In this document: in pieces, positions 1 to 9,986 of the stretch | Layout: every line of letters begins with the position of its first letter | Numbering within the stretch: position 1 is the first letter of the stretch | Assembly (NCBI GenBank): GCA_963809485.1 | Contig: CAWEJX010000001.1 | Coordinates: forward strand, 384,001-448,000 | DNA length: 64,000 nucleotides | Origin: an uncultured Acidobacteriota bacterium | Lineage (GTDB): Bacteria; Acidobacteriota; UBA6911 | Direction: 5' to 3' | Translations under genes and position numbers: made by a program | The notes under the pieces: model-generated | Told to the model about the DNA's origin: nothing | What the model saw: the letters and a program-made list of their open reading frames with translations, nothing else | Database searches by the model: none

Positions 1-80
1 CGCGCCGTTATGCGGACGGCTTTTCAAACCGTCCGCAGGCGTGCAGATCAATATATTTTTCCAAAATAGCATAAGGCTGC

Positions 81-1739
81 GTGTTTGTATTACGGATCAT
101 TCACATTATCTTTGTGAAATCCGTGCAATCTGTGGTTATATTCCGCCCTGTGCAACGAACGCTCCTTTCCATAGCTCTTCTTGCGGTAATTTCCCTCGGA
201 ACCCTGTTTTTCCGGCTCGGATCCCTGCCATTGTCAGGCGCCGATGAACCCCGTTATGCCCGTATCGCGCAGGAAATGCACGATCAACAGCAATGGATTA
301 CGCCGACACTCGAGGGAAAGCCCTGGCTAGAAAAACCTCCTCTTTATTATTGGATAACTATCCCTGCCTTTTCCCTAATCGACAGGATTGAGACCGCCGC
401 GAGGATCGGGCCTGCCGTCTGTGCGCTGATATCCGCGATTGCTATCTTCTGGATAGGCTCTTTGCTCTGGAGCCGTCGAGCCGGCCTGCTGGGAGCCCTG
501 ATTCTGCTTACCAGTCTAGGATTCGCGGGTTACGGCAGAAGCGCTTCCACCGACATGCCGTTTACGTGCTGCCTGACGGCCGCAATGGTGATCCTGGCCG
601 CCGCGTCGGAGAGGGCTATCGGGAGAACGAAGGTGCTTTGGGCCTACGTTTTTCTGGGGCTGGCGGTGCTGGGAAAGGGCCCCGTAGCCATCATTCTGGC
701 AGCGGGAATCATGCTCTGTTTCTGGCTCCTGGATGACCGAGGAATAGTCCTCGGGCGCTGGCACTTCTCTTCGGGGCTATTGATAACATTGGCGCTGGCG
801 CTGCCGTGGTTCTGGATGGTTTTCCGGCAAAACGGTTACAGCTTTATCGCGACATTCTTTATCAATCACAATCTTGCCCGCTATGTGACGGACATTCATC
901 ATCACTCGCAGCCCTTCTATTATTATCTGCCGGCCCTCCTGGCTCTCTCATTTCCCTGGAGCGGCTGGCTGGCAGTGCTGTTCCCCGTATCTCCGATAAA
1001 GGGCTTGCGGAGCTGGCGGCAATGGAATCCGGGGATGCTGTTTCTTACCTGCTGGCTGCTTTTTCCGTTGATCTTTTTTTCTCTTTCCGGCTCCAAACTC
1101 GCGGGCTATATCCTGCCCTGCCTGCCCCCTCTGGCTTTGATCCTGGGGGTGCGCCTCTCACAACTGATGGAGGAAGCCGCCGAATTCGCCCGGCTACGCG
1201 CCGCGATGATTCTATACCTGATATTTTGCTTAGGGATGGCCGTTGCTGCGCCCGTCTATTTTCACAAGGATTATGGCGGCCATTGGAGAACCGGGCTTGT
1301 GCTCTCGGCTGTGATAATGGTTCCCGCGGTATTCACGTTTGTATTCGGATTGAAAGGGCGATGGAGCCGGGCAATCGAAATTACGTTACTGCAAGGTCTG
1401 CTGGTCATCCTTGCCACGGCAGTTTTCGCCTTTCCGGTTCTCGCCGATTATCACTCGATGCGGGGCATTGCCGGCCGGGCACTGGAGCTGCTGCAGGCGG
1501 AAGAGCCGATCGTGACATACAGGTTCTTTCACCATACTCTCAATTACTACAGTGGGTACAGGATCGCCGGGAAACTGGATGATTTGAATGCCGCGCTTGT
1601 TTTCTCGCAGGAACACCCGCATTTCCTCGTAGTAACCGACAAGCGCAGCGTGCCGGAACTTGAGGCTTCCGCAAATTTCTCAATCACCTCCCTGGCGAGG
1701 CAAGGAAACACCCGTCTTCTGCGCATATCCCGAAGGTAA
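81..1739 (+). CDS. ArnT/PMT-family (GT39/GT83-like) membrane glycosyltransferase
   Basis: DEPRYARIAQEM, W-LEKPPLYYW, LGKGPVA and SKLAGYILP motifs; many TM helices. True start may be GTG 150. Confidence 0.9.
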   Translation: MFVLRIIHIIFVKSVQSVVIFRPVQRTLLSIALLAVISLGTLFFRLGSLPLSGADEPRYARIAQEMHDQQQWITPTLEGKPWLEKPPLYYWITIPAFSLIDRIETAARIGPAVCALISAIAIFWIGSLLWSRRAGLLGALILLTSLGFAGYGRSASTDMPFTCCLTAAMVILAAASERAIGRTKVLWAYVFLGLAVLGKGPVAIILAAGIMLCFWLLDDRGIVLGRWHFSSGLLITLALALPWFWMVFRQNGYSFIATFFINHNLARYVTDIHHHSQPFYYYLPALLALSFPWSGWLAVLFPVSPIKGLRSWRQWNPGMLFLTCWLLFPLIFFSLSGSKLAGYILPCLPPLALILGVRLSQLMEEAAEFARLRAAMILYLIFCLGMAVAAPVYFHKDYGGHWRTGLVLSAVIMVPAVFTFVFGLKGRWSRAIEITLLQGLLVILATAVFAFPVLADYHSMRGIAGRALELLQAEEPIVTYRFFHHTLNYYSGYRIAGKLDDLNAALVFSQEHPHFLVVTDKRSVPELEASANFSITSLARQGNTRLLRISRR

Positions 1740-1837
1740 CCGCTTTATAGGTCTTATGCGGGCGGCTCTCCAGAACCATCCTTTACCCAAAAACGAAGAT
1801 TGGCGGCCTTACGGAGGAATTTGCACCTGACAGCCAT

Positions 1838-2311
1838 TTATCGAAAGGTGAAACCGATGGTGAATTTGATTTCGGGGCTGTCCAGGGCTCCCACCTTCAG
1901 CTCGCCGAATAGCCCGTCTTCGTGTTCAAGCCCGACTAGCAGATTAAAACCGCCGCCCGTGTCTGTCTCGCCGCCACGGTTGTGCGATTCGCCGAACCTG
2001 TATACAAGTAATGCGGGTCCGGCGCCCACGTAGGCAGAAAGATCCGATTTTGGAAGCGGGATCCGATATGCGAATTCGAGATTCGCCGCAATCGTGGTGA
2101 CGTGGCTCCCTATTCCGATTTCGAGATTCGGCCGGAAATCCAGGTTGCCGATCAATGGATCCGAAACGATGTGGCCACCTAAATGAAACTGGTTGGGATC
2201 CGCGGTTGCTCCGGCTCGAAGCCCAAATGCGGTTTCCGCCATGCCGGCGCCTGTGCCGAAGCATGTCAGCGCTACCAGAATTTGCACTGCCCAGCGAATT
2301 TTTTTTGGCAT
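1838..2311 (-). CDS. small outer-membrane beta-barrel protein
   Basis: Signal peptide, Gly/aromatic alternating strands (YVGAGPAL, GFNLLVGLE), C-terminal beta-signal IKFTIGFTFR. Confidence 0.7.
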   Translation of the reverse strand: MPKKIRWAVQILVALTCFGTGAGMAETAFGLRAGATADPNQFHLGGHIVSDPLIGNLDFRPNLEIGIGSHVTTIAANLEFAYRIPLPKSDLSAYVGAGPALLVYRFGESHNRGGETDTGGGFNLLVGLEHEDGLFGELKVGALDSPEIKFTIGFTFR

Positions 2312-2400
2312 TCAGCTGATCTCCTGGAATGCATTTTTAGTGAAATCTGTGGTTGCTTTTTTATTCCAAAATATCCACCATTCCTGCTCAGGAGAAATGT

Positions 2401-3792
2401 ATGCTCAAACTGCACAATACCCTTACCGGAATCGAGGAGGAGTTTCATCCCCTGGAGGAAGGAGTGGTCCGCTTCTATACTTGCGGACCGACGGTTTACG
2501 ATTATGCCCACGTCGGGAACTTCAGGACTTTCGTGTTTCAGGATCTTCTGCGACGGTATCTAGTTTATTCCGGCTACCGGGTCATGCATGTGATGAATAT
2601 CACGGATGTGGATGACAAGACCATCCTGAACGCCCGAAAGGAAGGCATGACCCTGAAGGATTATACTATTAAGTATACCGAAGCTTTCCTCGAGGACAGC
2701 AAAACCCTCCGCATTGAGCCTGCGCAAATCATGCCCCGTGCGACCGACCACATACCCGAAATGGTTGCCCTTATCCGCAGGCTCGAGGAGAAGGGATATA
2801 CCTACCGGAAGGACGGGTCCGTCTATTTCAGCATCGCGCATTTCCCCGGCTACGGGAAACTCAGCAAAGCCGATTTCAGCGGCGCGCAGTCCGGCGCGCG
2901 TGTGGACGCGGACAAATACGACAAGGAAAACGCACGGGACTTTGTCCTGTGGAAAGCCCGGAAGGAGGGAGAAGATTCCTGGGAGACCGAAATCGGCCCG
3001 GGCCGGCCCGGCTGGCACATCGAGTGCTCGGCCATGAGCATGAAATATCTGGGCGAAACCTTCGACATCCACTGCGGCGGTGTGGATCTGGTTTTCCCGC
3101 ACCACGAAAACGAAATCGCCCAGAGCGAGTGCGCAACCGGAAAGCCATTTGTGCGCTACTGGGTGCATCCGGAATTCCTGATCGTCGAAGGGGAGAAGAT
3201 GTCGAAATCTCTGGGCAATTTTTACACCCTTCGCGACCTCCTGGCCCGCGGACATTCGCCTGAATCCATAAGGTATCTGCTCCTGTCGGTCCACTACCGG
3301 AAGCAGCTCAATTTCACGGCCGACGGATTGCATCAGGCCCAGGCATCGATTACGCGCCTGGCGGACTTCGTGCTGCGGGCAAAGGAGAAAGCCTCGCCCG
3401 AAAGGCCTTCCGCCGAATTTGCGGCCGAAGTTCAGTCCGCGCGGGAGCGCTTCAAGGAAGCAATGGACAATGACCTTAACACATCCGCGGCGCTGGCGGT
3501 GATCTTCGATTTTGTGCGTTCCGCAAACCAAAAGAACAGCCGGAATGCCTTCACAGGAGGCGATGCCCGCGCTGCGCTTGATTTTATAAAGGAAATAGAT
3601 GGCGTTTTCAGCATCCTTCCAGCGCAGCCCGAGTTGCTGGATGAGGAGATCGCCAGGCAGATTGAAGCCCGCCAGGCCGCGCGCCGCCGCAGGGATTTCG
3701 CAGAAGCCGACCGGATCCGGGACTGGCTTTTATCCCAAGGAATACAGCTGGAAGACACCCCGGGAGGCGTCCGCTGGAAAAGGCGCTCCTGA
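2401..3792 (+). CDS. cysS: cysteine--tRNA ligase
   Basis: YTCGPTVYDYAHVGN (HIGH), GRPGWHIECSAM, FPHHENEIAQ, KMSKS; ATG 2401 preceded by AGGAG. Confidence 0.98.
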   Translation: MLKLHNTLTGIEEEFHPLEEGVVRFYTCGPTVYDYAHVGNFRTFVFQDLLRRYLVYSGYRVMHVMNITDVDDKTILNARKEGMTLKDYTIKYTEAFLEDSKTLRIEPAQIMPRATDHIPEMVALIRRLEEKGYTYRKDGSVYFSIAHFPGYGKLSKADFSGAQSGARVDADKYDKENARDFVLWKARKEGEDSWETEIGPGRPGWHIECSAMSMKYLGETFDIHCGGVDLVFPHHENEIAQSECATGKPFVRYWVHPEFLIVEGEKMSKSLGNFYTLRDLLARGHSPESIRYLLLSVHYRKQLNFTADGLHQAQASITRLADFVLRAKEKASPERPSAEFAAEVQSARERFKEAMDNDLNTSAALAVIFDFVRSANQKNSRNAFTGGDARAALDFIKEIDGVFSILPAQPELLDEEIARQIEARQAARRRRDFAEADRIRDWLLSQGIQLEDTPGGVRWKRRS

Positions 3793-3836
3793 AAAATTCC
3801 CTGAAATGAAATGCTGCGACCGCAAACATTAACAAT

Positions 3837-4181
3837 ATGGCCGCGCCCCATTTGCTTAAGGGAAGGAAGGGAGAACGGATCGCTGCAATTTTTCTGCTCC
3901 GGCAGGGCTTCGACATCCTGGCGAGGCGCTACCGTGGCCGTTCCGGCGAATTGGATATCATCGCGTTCGAAAGCGACATGCTTGTGTTTGTGGAGGTTAA
4001 AACGCGCAGTTCCCGGGATTTCGGTGAGCCCTGGGAATTTGTTGACTGGCGGAAGCAGCAGATCCTGCGCCGCACGGCGGAGGAATTTATTGCAGATCAC
4101 GACATGGGCCAATACGCCTACCGCTTCGACATCGTCTCAGTGCTCGGCAAAAAAGTTGAGCTTTTCCGCAATGCCTTTTAG
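3837..4181 (+). CDS. yraN: YraN/UPF0102 family putative endonuclease
   Basis: GRKGE..A, GELDIIA, LVFVEVKTR, YRFDIVSV. Confidence 0.92.
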   Translation: MAAPHLLKGRKGERIAAIFLLRQGFDILARRYRGRSGELDIIAFESDMLVFVEVKTRSSRDFGEPWEFVDWRKQQILRRTAEEFIADHDMGQYAYRFDIVSVLGKKVELFRNAF

Positions 4182-4279
4182 CCCTTGCAGATCGCCAGAT
4201 TCCACAAGATCTTCGGCAAAATCTGGGGTTGAGTTTTTCCCCCTGTTTGGATAATATCCTTCCGCTGCTTCGTACAAGG

Positions 4280-4354
<75 letters not shown>

Positions 4355-4390
4355 TCTAAAGCGGGTCCATTCCGGATACCGCTATCCATC

Positions 4391-4634
4391 CAGTCAGGCA
4401 CCTCCGGAAACGCCGGAGGCTTGAAAGATTGGAACCACTCAAAGCGGTTGAAGGAGTTACGCTGGTCTTGAACGCTGACTTACGCGGGCAAAAGCCGATG
4501 AGGCGCTTCCGATCCCCGCCGAAAAAATCGGCGTTTGTCAGCGCTTTTGTCAGCGTACCTCAGCGTTTCAAAATACGGAGCTGTCAAACTCTATGAGTCG
4601 CCCGGGCAGAGCCGTGGGTTTACCAATAGAATTA
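4391..4634 (-). mobile_element. non-autonomous IS200/IS605-like element (PATE/MITE), copy 1
   Basis: Near-identical to 58977-59380 apart from a ~160-bp internal gap; subterminal hairpins CCTCCGG..CCGGAGG and CCCGGGCAGAGCCGTGGG; no tnpA. Confidence 0.7.
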
Positions 4635-4836
4635 TCGCTTGCGGACGCTCATCAAAAGACCATCGTTCGTCAGCATCCGCGGGCATTGCATCATCCTGGA
4701 GCGGGCAAACTCGGCGCGTCCCCCCCCAGGCAAAGATGGGAATTGCCGATGTATTTACCTGTACTGCAACCCGGGAAGCAGGAGCAGACCTGCCGGTCCT
4801 TGTTAGCATACATGCGAGGCGGGTTTTCCGATGAAG

Positions 4837-7275
4837 CTACTCCATCGTCCTCGGCGGGATGGCCGACAAAACCGAAAGGTTGTGCGTGCCGAACAATGAA
4901 AAGGAAGCAACCGGCAAGTCAGACGTCAGCCGCACATACCCGGAAGTCTGGTCTTTCCAGTTCAGCGAACCAAAGTATTGCGGCAGGAGCCGGGCCCTCT
5001 TGTTGCCGGCCGGAATGTACCGGAGCGTCTCCTCGACCATTTTCCCGTCGGCATCAAGAAGCTCCAGCGTTACCTTCGCCGCGCTGCTGTTTGGATTAAG
5101 GATCGCGATGCCGGTGAAAAAGAGGTCGTTGGATGCGACATGACTGAAAAGCATTGAAGTCTGCAACTCGGAGATCAGCGCCAGGGCGGAAGCAAAGGTC
5201 TGGCGATTTATGTCGCCGAAAACGGTGCTTCCGGCAAGCCTTATGCCGTCGCTGACCATTTCGACATACCCTGAAGTCATCTTTTCCAGATCAAGGCTCG
5301 CAAAGAACGATGGATCGTCGATTAAAAGCTTCCCATTGGCCGGGATGACGAGAGTCCGCGTCGATCCGATCTGCTTGCCGTCTTCGGCAAAGAATCTGAA
5401 CTGAACGGTTCCTTTTCTGGAATCCAGGTTGACCACCGAAAGGCTGGTCCTATATTGGCCGCCAAGCACATATTGGGGCGAGTAGAGTGTTGTGTTGACT
5501 CCGGCGGCATTCTGCCCTGCCAGCATGGAAATATCACCCTTTGCCTGCTGCAGAACCTGGAAGGACTGAACGCCCTGATCCGCACTGACGCGGACATAGT
5601 CGGTCGCCTTTGCTTCAAGACCGGCAAACAGGTCGTTGAACAGGTCCGCCGTCAACGCGCCGTTCTTTGCAATCACTCGTGATTCGGACCTGCGAACCGC
5701 TCCGTCGGCGCCCATCAGCTTCAAGGTGACGCTGACGTCTTCCACGTTTTTATTGGCTATATTGAGTCGGCTATGACCGTTCGCCTGGATCTCGGTGAAA
5801 ATAAGATCCGTCAGCGTGTCGTCCTCGATATTGGCGCCATCCATGTAGTTCAGGTCACTGTCGAAAATCATGAATAGGCCATCGATGCCGGACGTGTCCG
5901 TATCGAGGCGTATCCAGCCGTCCGAGTTCGTCACGGCGAGGCCGTCCCCGAATATTGTCGAATCGTGGATCGGCAGCTGGGCGCCCGGCTCGAGCTCGTA
6001 GGTTCGTGGATTGTAGATTTGCCATCCATGAGTGTAACACCCGTCGCTCTCAATGGCGGTAAAAGCGAGACTGGCTCGTTCCGAGTCCAGATTGGCGAGT
6101 GCCATGCCCATTATGCCTTCCGCATGGCGCGCGGATGCCATTGCCGATTCCTGAGCTTCCCCAGCTAAAGCAAAGCGCGGCAGGGCGAACGTAAACGATC
6201 CCTTCTCTGTCGTGCTGAAATTATATTCGGGAGATGCAGCCAGGTCTCCCTCGGAATCCATGGACTTCACTCGGAATCGATAAAGCGTATGCTTCTGCAG
6301 GCCTTTCAGTGCAATGGTGTGCCGTGTAACCATGTCGTCAAGAGCAGCCCCGCGGGCATCCGATCCTTCAATCCAATACTCAACCTCTGAATTCGCAGCC
6401 CTGTCTGTAGTCCAGGATATCGTTGCACTTCTGCTGGTAACATTGGAGACGGCCACATCGCTGATCTCCAGGCTGGAATTCTTTCCCTTCGTGGTAAAGG
6501 TGTAATCGCCGGAGGTAGCCAGGTTGCCGGCAGAATCTCTGGATTTGACCCTATAGTGGTACGGAGTGTCTTCCATCAATCCGCTGAGTGCCTGGGTATG
6601 AAACTTATCCAGGTTTGTGTCAATCTTTGTGCTTTTCCCGTAGCTGGTGGAGGCGCCGTACTCAATCTGAGCAGTCGATGCTTCATCCGTCATCCATGTG
6701 ATGATTACGCCGGTGCTGGTAGGATCGGAGCTAAGCACGGAGGATATTTGCGGCGGGAACGTGTCTCCCGCGGCCAGCACAGTGATATTTCCCGATGTCA
6801 TCGAGACCTGGACAGAGTTTGCGGCAGGATCCGATGCAACAACTCCCCCTGGTTTAAGGGATAATGACCCGGTATCTGCAGCTGCGGATACATTCATCTG
6901 GATATGAGCAATTGGCCCGGAACTCAGAGCATTCTGGTTGAAACCAAAGATAATAAGGCGGACGCCGCCGGAAATTGCATTGGCGTAAGCGAGTTTACCT
7001 GCCGACGAAGAGGCTGCACCTGTTGAGACGGAAACAAATGAAAGCGAAGGGGAAAATATCAGGTCAAATTGCAGCGTACAGACAGATGCCGAACCCGGAT
7101 TGAACTGCACGGGTATGATTACCGAAGATCCAGGCGATCCCGAAGCCGATCCTGCCGCCAGGATGGGTGATTGTGCCATTGCGTTGGCGCCCACGAGCGT
7201 CCCGAGCAGCATAAAGCAGAATGCAAAACGTATAAACTGACACGGGACGTTTTTTTGAGTCCGCCGGGGTATCAT
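4837..7275 (-). CDS. secreted cohesin + 2x FN3-like + 4x Ig-like scaffold protein
   Basis: Signal peptide; cohesin-like aa ~37-167 (VIIPV..LQFDLIF..VRLIIFG..GPIAHIQM..GNITV); two ITW.TD....VEY...Y.YRVKS.D..G modules; four C-terminal modules with N..V.L...DG pattern. Confidence 0.75.
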   Translation of the reverse strand: MIPRRTQKNVPCQFIRFAFCFMLLGTLVGANAMAQSPILAAGSASGSPGSSVIIPVQFNPGSASVCTLQFDLIFSPSLSFVSVSTGAASSSAGKLAYANAISGGVRLIIFGFNQNALSSGPIAHIQMNVSAAADTGSLSLKPGGVVASDPAANSVQVSMTSGNITVLAAGDTFPPQISSVLSSDPTSTGVIITWMTDEASTAQIEYGASTSYGKSTKIDTNLDKFHTQALSGLMEDTPYHYRVKSRDSAGNLATSGDYTFTTKGKNSSLEISDVAVSNVTSRSATISWTTDRAANSEVEYWIEGSDARGAALDDMVTRHTIALKGLQKHTLYRFRVKSMDSEGDLAASPEYNFSTTEKGSFTFALPRFALAGEAQESAMASARHAEGIMGMALANLDSERASLAFTAIESDGCYTHGWQIYNPRTYELEPGAQLPIHDSTIFGDGLAVTNSDGWIRLDTDTSGIDGLFMIFDSDLNYMDGANIEDDTLTDLIFTEIQANGHSRLNIANKNVEDVSVTLKLMGADGAVRRSESRVIAKNGALTADLFNDLFAGLEAKATDYVRVSADQGVQSFQVLQQAKGDISMLAGQNAAGVNTTLYSPQYVLGGQYRTSLSVVNLDSRKGTVQFRFFAEDGKQIGSTRTLVIPANGKLLIDDPSFFASLDLEKMTSGYVEMVSDGIRLAGSTVFGDINRQTFASALALISELQTSMLFSHVASNDLFFTGIAILNPNSSAAKVTLELLDADGKMVEETLRYIPAGNKRARLLPQYFGSLNWKDQTSGYVRLTSDLPVASFSLFGTHNLSVLSAIPPRTME

Positions 7276-7350
7276 AGGAAACTCCTGAGTCCGGTATGGA
7301 TGGTGTTTGCACTAATTTCTTTGCGTCCAGTAGGCAACAAAGCGCCCTCG

Positions 7351-9486
7351 CTACTGAATGACCTGCGGTGGGACCGCGGACAGAATTGACAGGTTGTTTG
7401 TGCCGAAGAGCGAGAAGGAGGCGACCGGCTGATCCGATGTCAGCCGCACATAACCTGACGTCTGGCTGTTCTCCGAGAGATACCTGAACTGCTCAGACAA
7501 TAGCCGTGCCTTCTTTTGTCCCCGTGGGATCCGCTCTGTGACTGTCTCGATCCGCGTGCCGTCTTCTGCGAAAAGCTCCAGCGTGGCGTTCGCATCATTC
7601 GCCCCGGGATTCAGGATGGCGATGCCGGTAAAATAGAGGTCATCCGAGGCCACATGACTGAAGATCACCGATTTGTGAAGCTCGGAAATAAGCGCAAGCC
7701 CGGAAGAAAAGGAGCCGCCGTTCCTGTTACCAAACAGGGTACTTCCGGCCAGCCTGATGCCGTCGCTGATGATCTCGACATACCCTGCAACCATGTTTTC
7801 CGGATTGGCATCCAGAAAAAATTGCTGATCATCGATGTGCAGTTTCCCGCTGGCTGGGAGAATAAGGTACTGAGTTGCACCCAGCTGCCGTCCATCCTCG
7901 CCCATAAATCTGAGTTGCACAGTCCCTGCTCTGGAATCCAGGTTTATAAGAGAAAGGCTGGTACGGTACGCTCCGCCGATTACATACTGAGGTGAATAGA
8001 GGCTAGTCGATCCTGCACTAAGGTCCTGTCCTGCAAGGACGGTAATATCCCCTGCTTCCTGTTGCATTATCAGGAATGGATGCAATCCTTGGGTCGCCCT
8101 CACCCTGACATAATCGCCGGCACCAGGCTCGGTTCGGGAGAAAAGGTCGTCAAACAGATCTGCCGTCAAAGCTCCGTTGGCTGCAATCACGCTCGAAACA
8201 GAATCGCGGACAGATCCGTCGTCCTTTATCAGGCTCAGCATTGCAAAGGCTTCCGAAGGACTATTATTCGCGATGCTGACTCTGTTATGTCCTTCCTTCT
8301 GGATCTCGACAAAAGCAAAATCCGTCATCCGGCCGCCCGAAAAGTTGGCTCCGTCCATGAAGCCGAGATCGCTGTCGAACACGAGGAAAAAACCATAAAT
8401 ATCCGACCTTGCACTCGCCAGCTTGATCCAGCCCCCGTAATCTGCAGGGAGATAACCCTTTCCAAAGACCTCCCGGTCCAATACCGCCAGTTGTGATCCC
8501 GGACTCAGTCCCTGGACTCTGGGATTCGTCACACCCTGTCCTTCAGTCAGATCTCCGGTGCCTTCAAGCGATGTGAATGTGACCGTAGCCGGCTCGACAG
8601 CCAGGTTGGCAAGAGCCATACCGGTCATGACTTCATCTTTCGAAGCTTCCTGGAAACCTCCGAAAGTCAACCTCGGCAAAACGAGTTCAGATAGTCCATT
8701 CTCAGAAGTATTGAAACTGAATCCGCTGGCGACCGCCTGGTTGCCGTCCGAATCGGAGGATTTCACGCGGAAGTAATAGGTGGTTCGCGTTTTCAGTCGG
8801 TTGAGTTCCAAGGCGTGATCCGTCTCAAGCCTGCTGAGGATCGCCCTCCGGGAAGCAGATTCAGCAGTCCAGTACTCGACTTCCGAATTGGAAAGTATGT
8901 TGGTTTTCCAGGATATTTTGGCGCTTGTGCCGGTAACGCCGGAAACGCTTACCGTGCTGATAAAGGGTGGAAAAGCACCAGTGCGAGAAAAAACCATTAC
9001 ATTGCCCGGGATCCCGGAAATGTTGACTGCATTCGCCAAGGTATCGGAGGCAACGACTCCGGCGATGACAACAGGAAGCAAACCGGCCGGAGCATTTGTG
9101 GAGATATTCAGCTGTACCTCGGCGATTGTTCCTGCGCCGATGGCGCTATCGTTCGATCCAAAAACCAGAATTCGGGCTCTGCCTGAAAATGAATTGGCCT
9201 TCACCGACTTGCCTGCCGATCTGGCCGCGGTTCCCGTCGAAGCTGAGACACATGAAAGCGCCGGAGAAAACATAAGGTCAAACTGCATAGTGCTTATGGA
9301 GGCAGTGCCCGGATCGAATTCAACCGGAATGCTGACTATATTGCCTGTCAGGCTGGAAGCGTCGCCAACGGCAATAGATCCAGACTGCTCTGTGGCGCCG
9401 GCGGCACAAAACGTCCCTGGCAGAACGCATAAAGACACCAGTATCAGGCACGAAATTGCGCAGGCACGCCGGAAGGTCATGGACAA
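7351..9486 (-). CDS. secreted cohesin + FN3-like + 4x Ig-like scaffold protein (paralog)
   Basis: Same architecture with one FN3; clear paralogy (LYSPQYV.GG.YRTSLS, SHVAS.DL.FTGIAILNP, QTSGYVRLTSD.PVASFSLFGT). Confidence 0.75.
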   Translation of the reverse strand: MSMTFRRACAISCLILVSLCVLPGTFCAAGATEQSGSIAVGDASSLTGNIVSIPVEFDPGTASISTMQFDLMFSPALSCVSASTGTAARSAGKSVKANSFSGRARILVFGSNDSAIGAGTIAEVQLNISTNAPAGLLPVVIAGVVASDTLANAVNISGIPGNVMVFSRTGAFPPFISTVSVSGVTGTSAKISWKTNILSNSEVEYWTAESASRRAILSRLETDHALELNRLKTRTTYYFRVKSSDSDGNQAVASGFSFNTSENGLSELVLPRLTFGGFQEASKDEVMTGMALANLAVEPATVTFTSLEGTGDLTEGQGVTNPRVQGLSPGSQLAVLDREVFGKGYLPADYGGWIKLASARSDIYGFFLVFDSDLGFMDGANFSGGRMTDFAFVEIQKEGHNRVSIANNSPSEAFAMLSLIKDDGSVRDSVSSVIAANGALTADLFDDLFSRTEPGAGDYVRVRATQGLHPFLIMQQEAGDITVLAGQDLSAGSTSLYSPQYVIGGAYRTSLSLINLDSRAGTVQLRFMGEDGRQLGATQYLILPASGKLHIDDQQFFLDANPENMVAGYVEIISDGIRLAGSTLFGNRNGGSFSSGLALISELHKSVIFSHVASDDLYFTGIAILNPGANDANATLELFAEDGTRIETVTERIPRGQKKARLLSEQFRYLSENSQTSGYVRLTSDQPVASFSLFGTNNLSILSAVPPQVIQ

Positions 9487-9986
9487 CTCCTGACGCCAAG
9501 GACAACATTGTTCAATATCTGAAGATCCAGCACATCCACCCTGCTGTCCTGGTTCAGGTCGTAACTTGCGGAGGAGACGTTTATGCCAAGGATTACGTTT
9601 GCAAGTGCCTGCAAATCGAGGGCATCGATGGATGAATCGCCATTGATGTTGCAGGTAACCGAGGAGGTCCCGATAGTCCGGGAAATTTCATTGGAAAAAT
9701 CACTTTCATTCCCATCGACATCGATGGCTGTGACCGCGAAATAATAGGTCCCGCCGCTCAGTTTCGGGACCAGGTATGTAGTCTGGTTTCCGATCAGAAT
9801 CGGAGCGCCGTAAGTCCCAGAGGTCGTGCCAACATAAACCTTGTAGCCTGCGATATTTGTAGAAACACTCGGATCCCACACTAGTGGAACATCGGCAGCC
9901 CAGGCTCCTGCGCAACTGCATATCACGACCAAGATGGCCAATAAAGTTATCGGGAAGGAACGGAAGCATAATCGCCAGGTCGACAT
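9477..9986 (-). CDS. secreted FN3-dockerin protein
   Basis: Signal peptide (AWA-AD); FN3 (WDPS..IAGYKVY..YYFAVTA.D..GNES); duplicated dockerin Ca-loops NINGDSSIDALD and DLNQDSRVDVLD. Confidence 0.82.
   Translation of the reverse strand: MSTWRLCFRSFPITLLAILVVICSCAGAWAADVPLVWDPSVSTNIAGYKVYVGTTSGTYGAPILIGNQTTYLVPKLSGGTYYFAVTAIDVDGNESDFSNEISRTIGTSSVTCNINGDSSIDALDLQALANVILGINVSSASYDLNQDSRVDVLDLQILNNVVLGVRSCP

Noticed and set aside
2560-3531. Long antisense/overlapping ORFs (also 806-1582, 13773-14654, 15615-16430)
   Set aside because: They lie over well-supported genes, lack motifs and are expected in GC-rich coding DNA.
4837-9986. True cellulosome
   Set aside because: One cohesin per protein, and no glycoside hydrolase-dockerin or recognisable CBM3 in the window.
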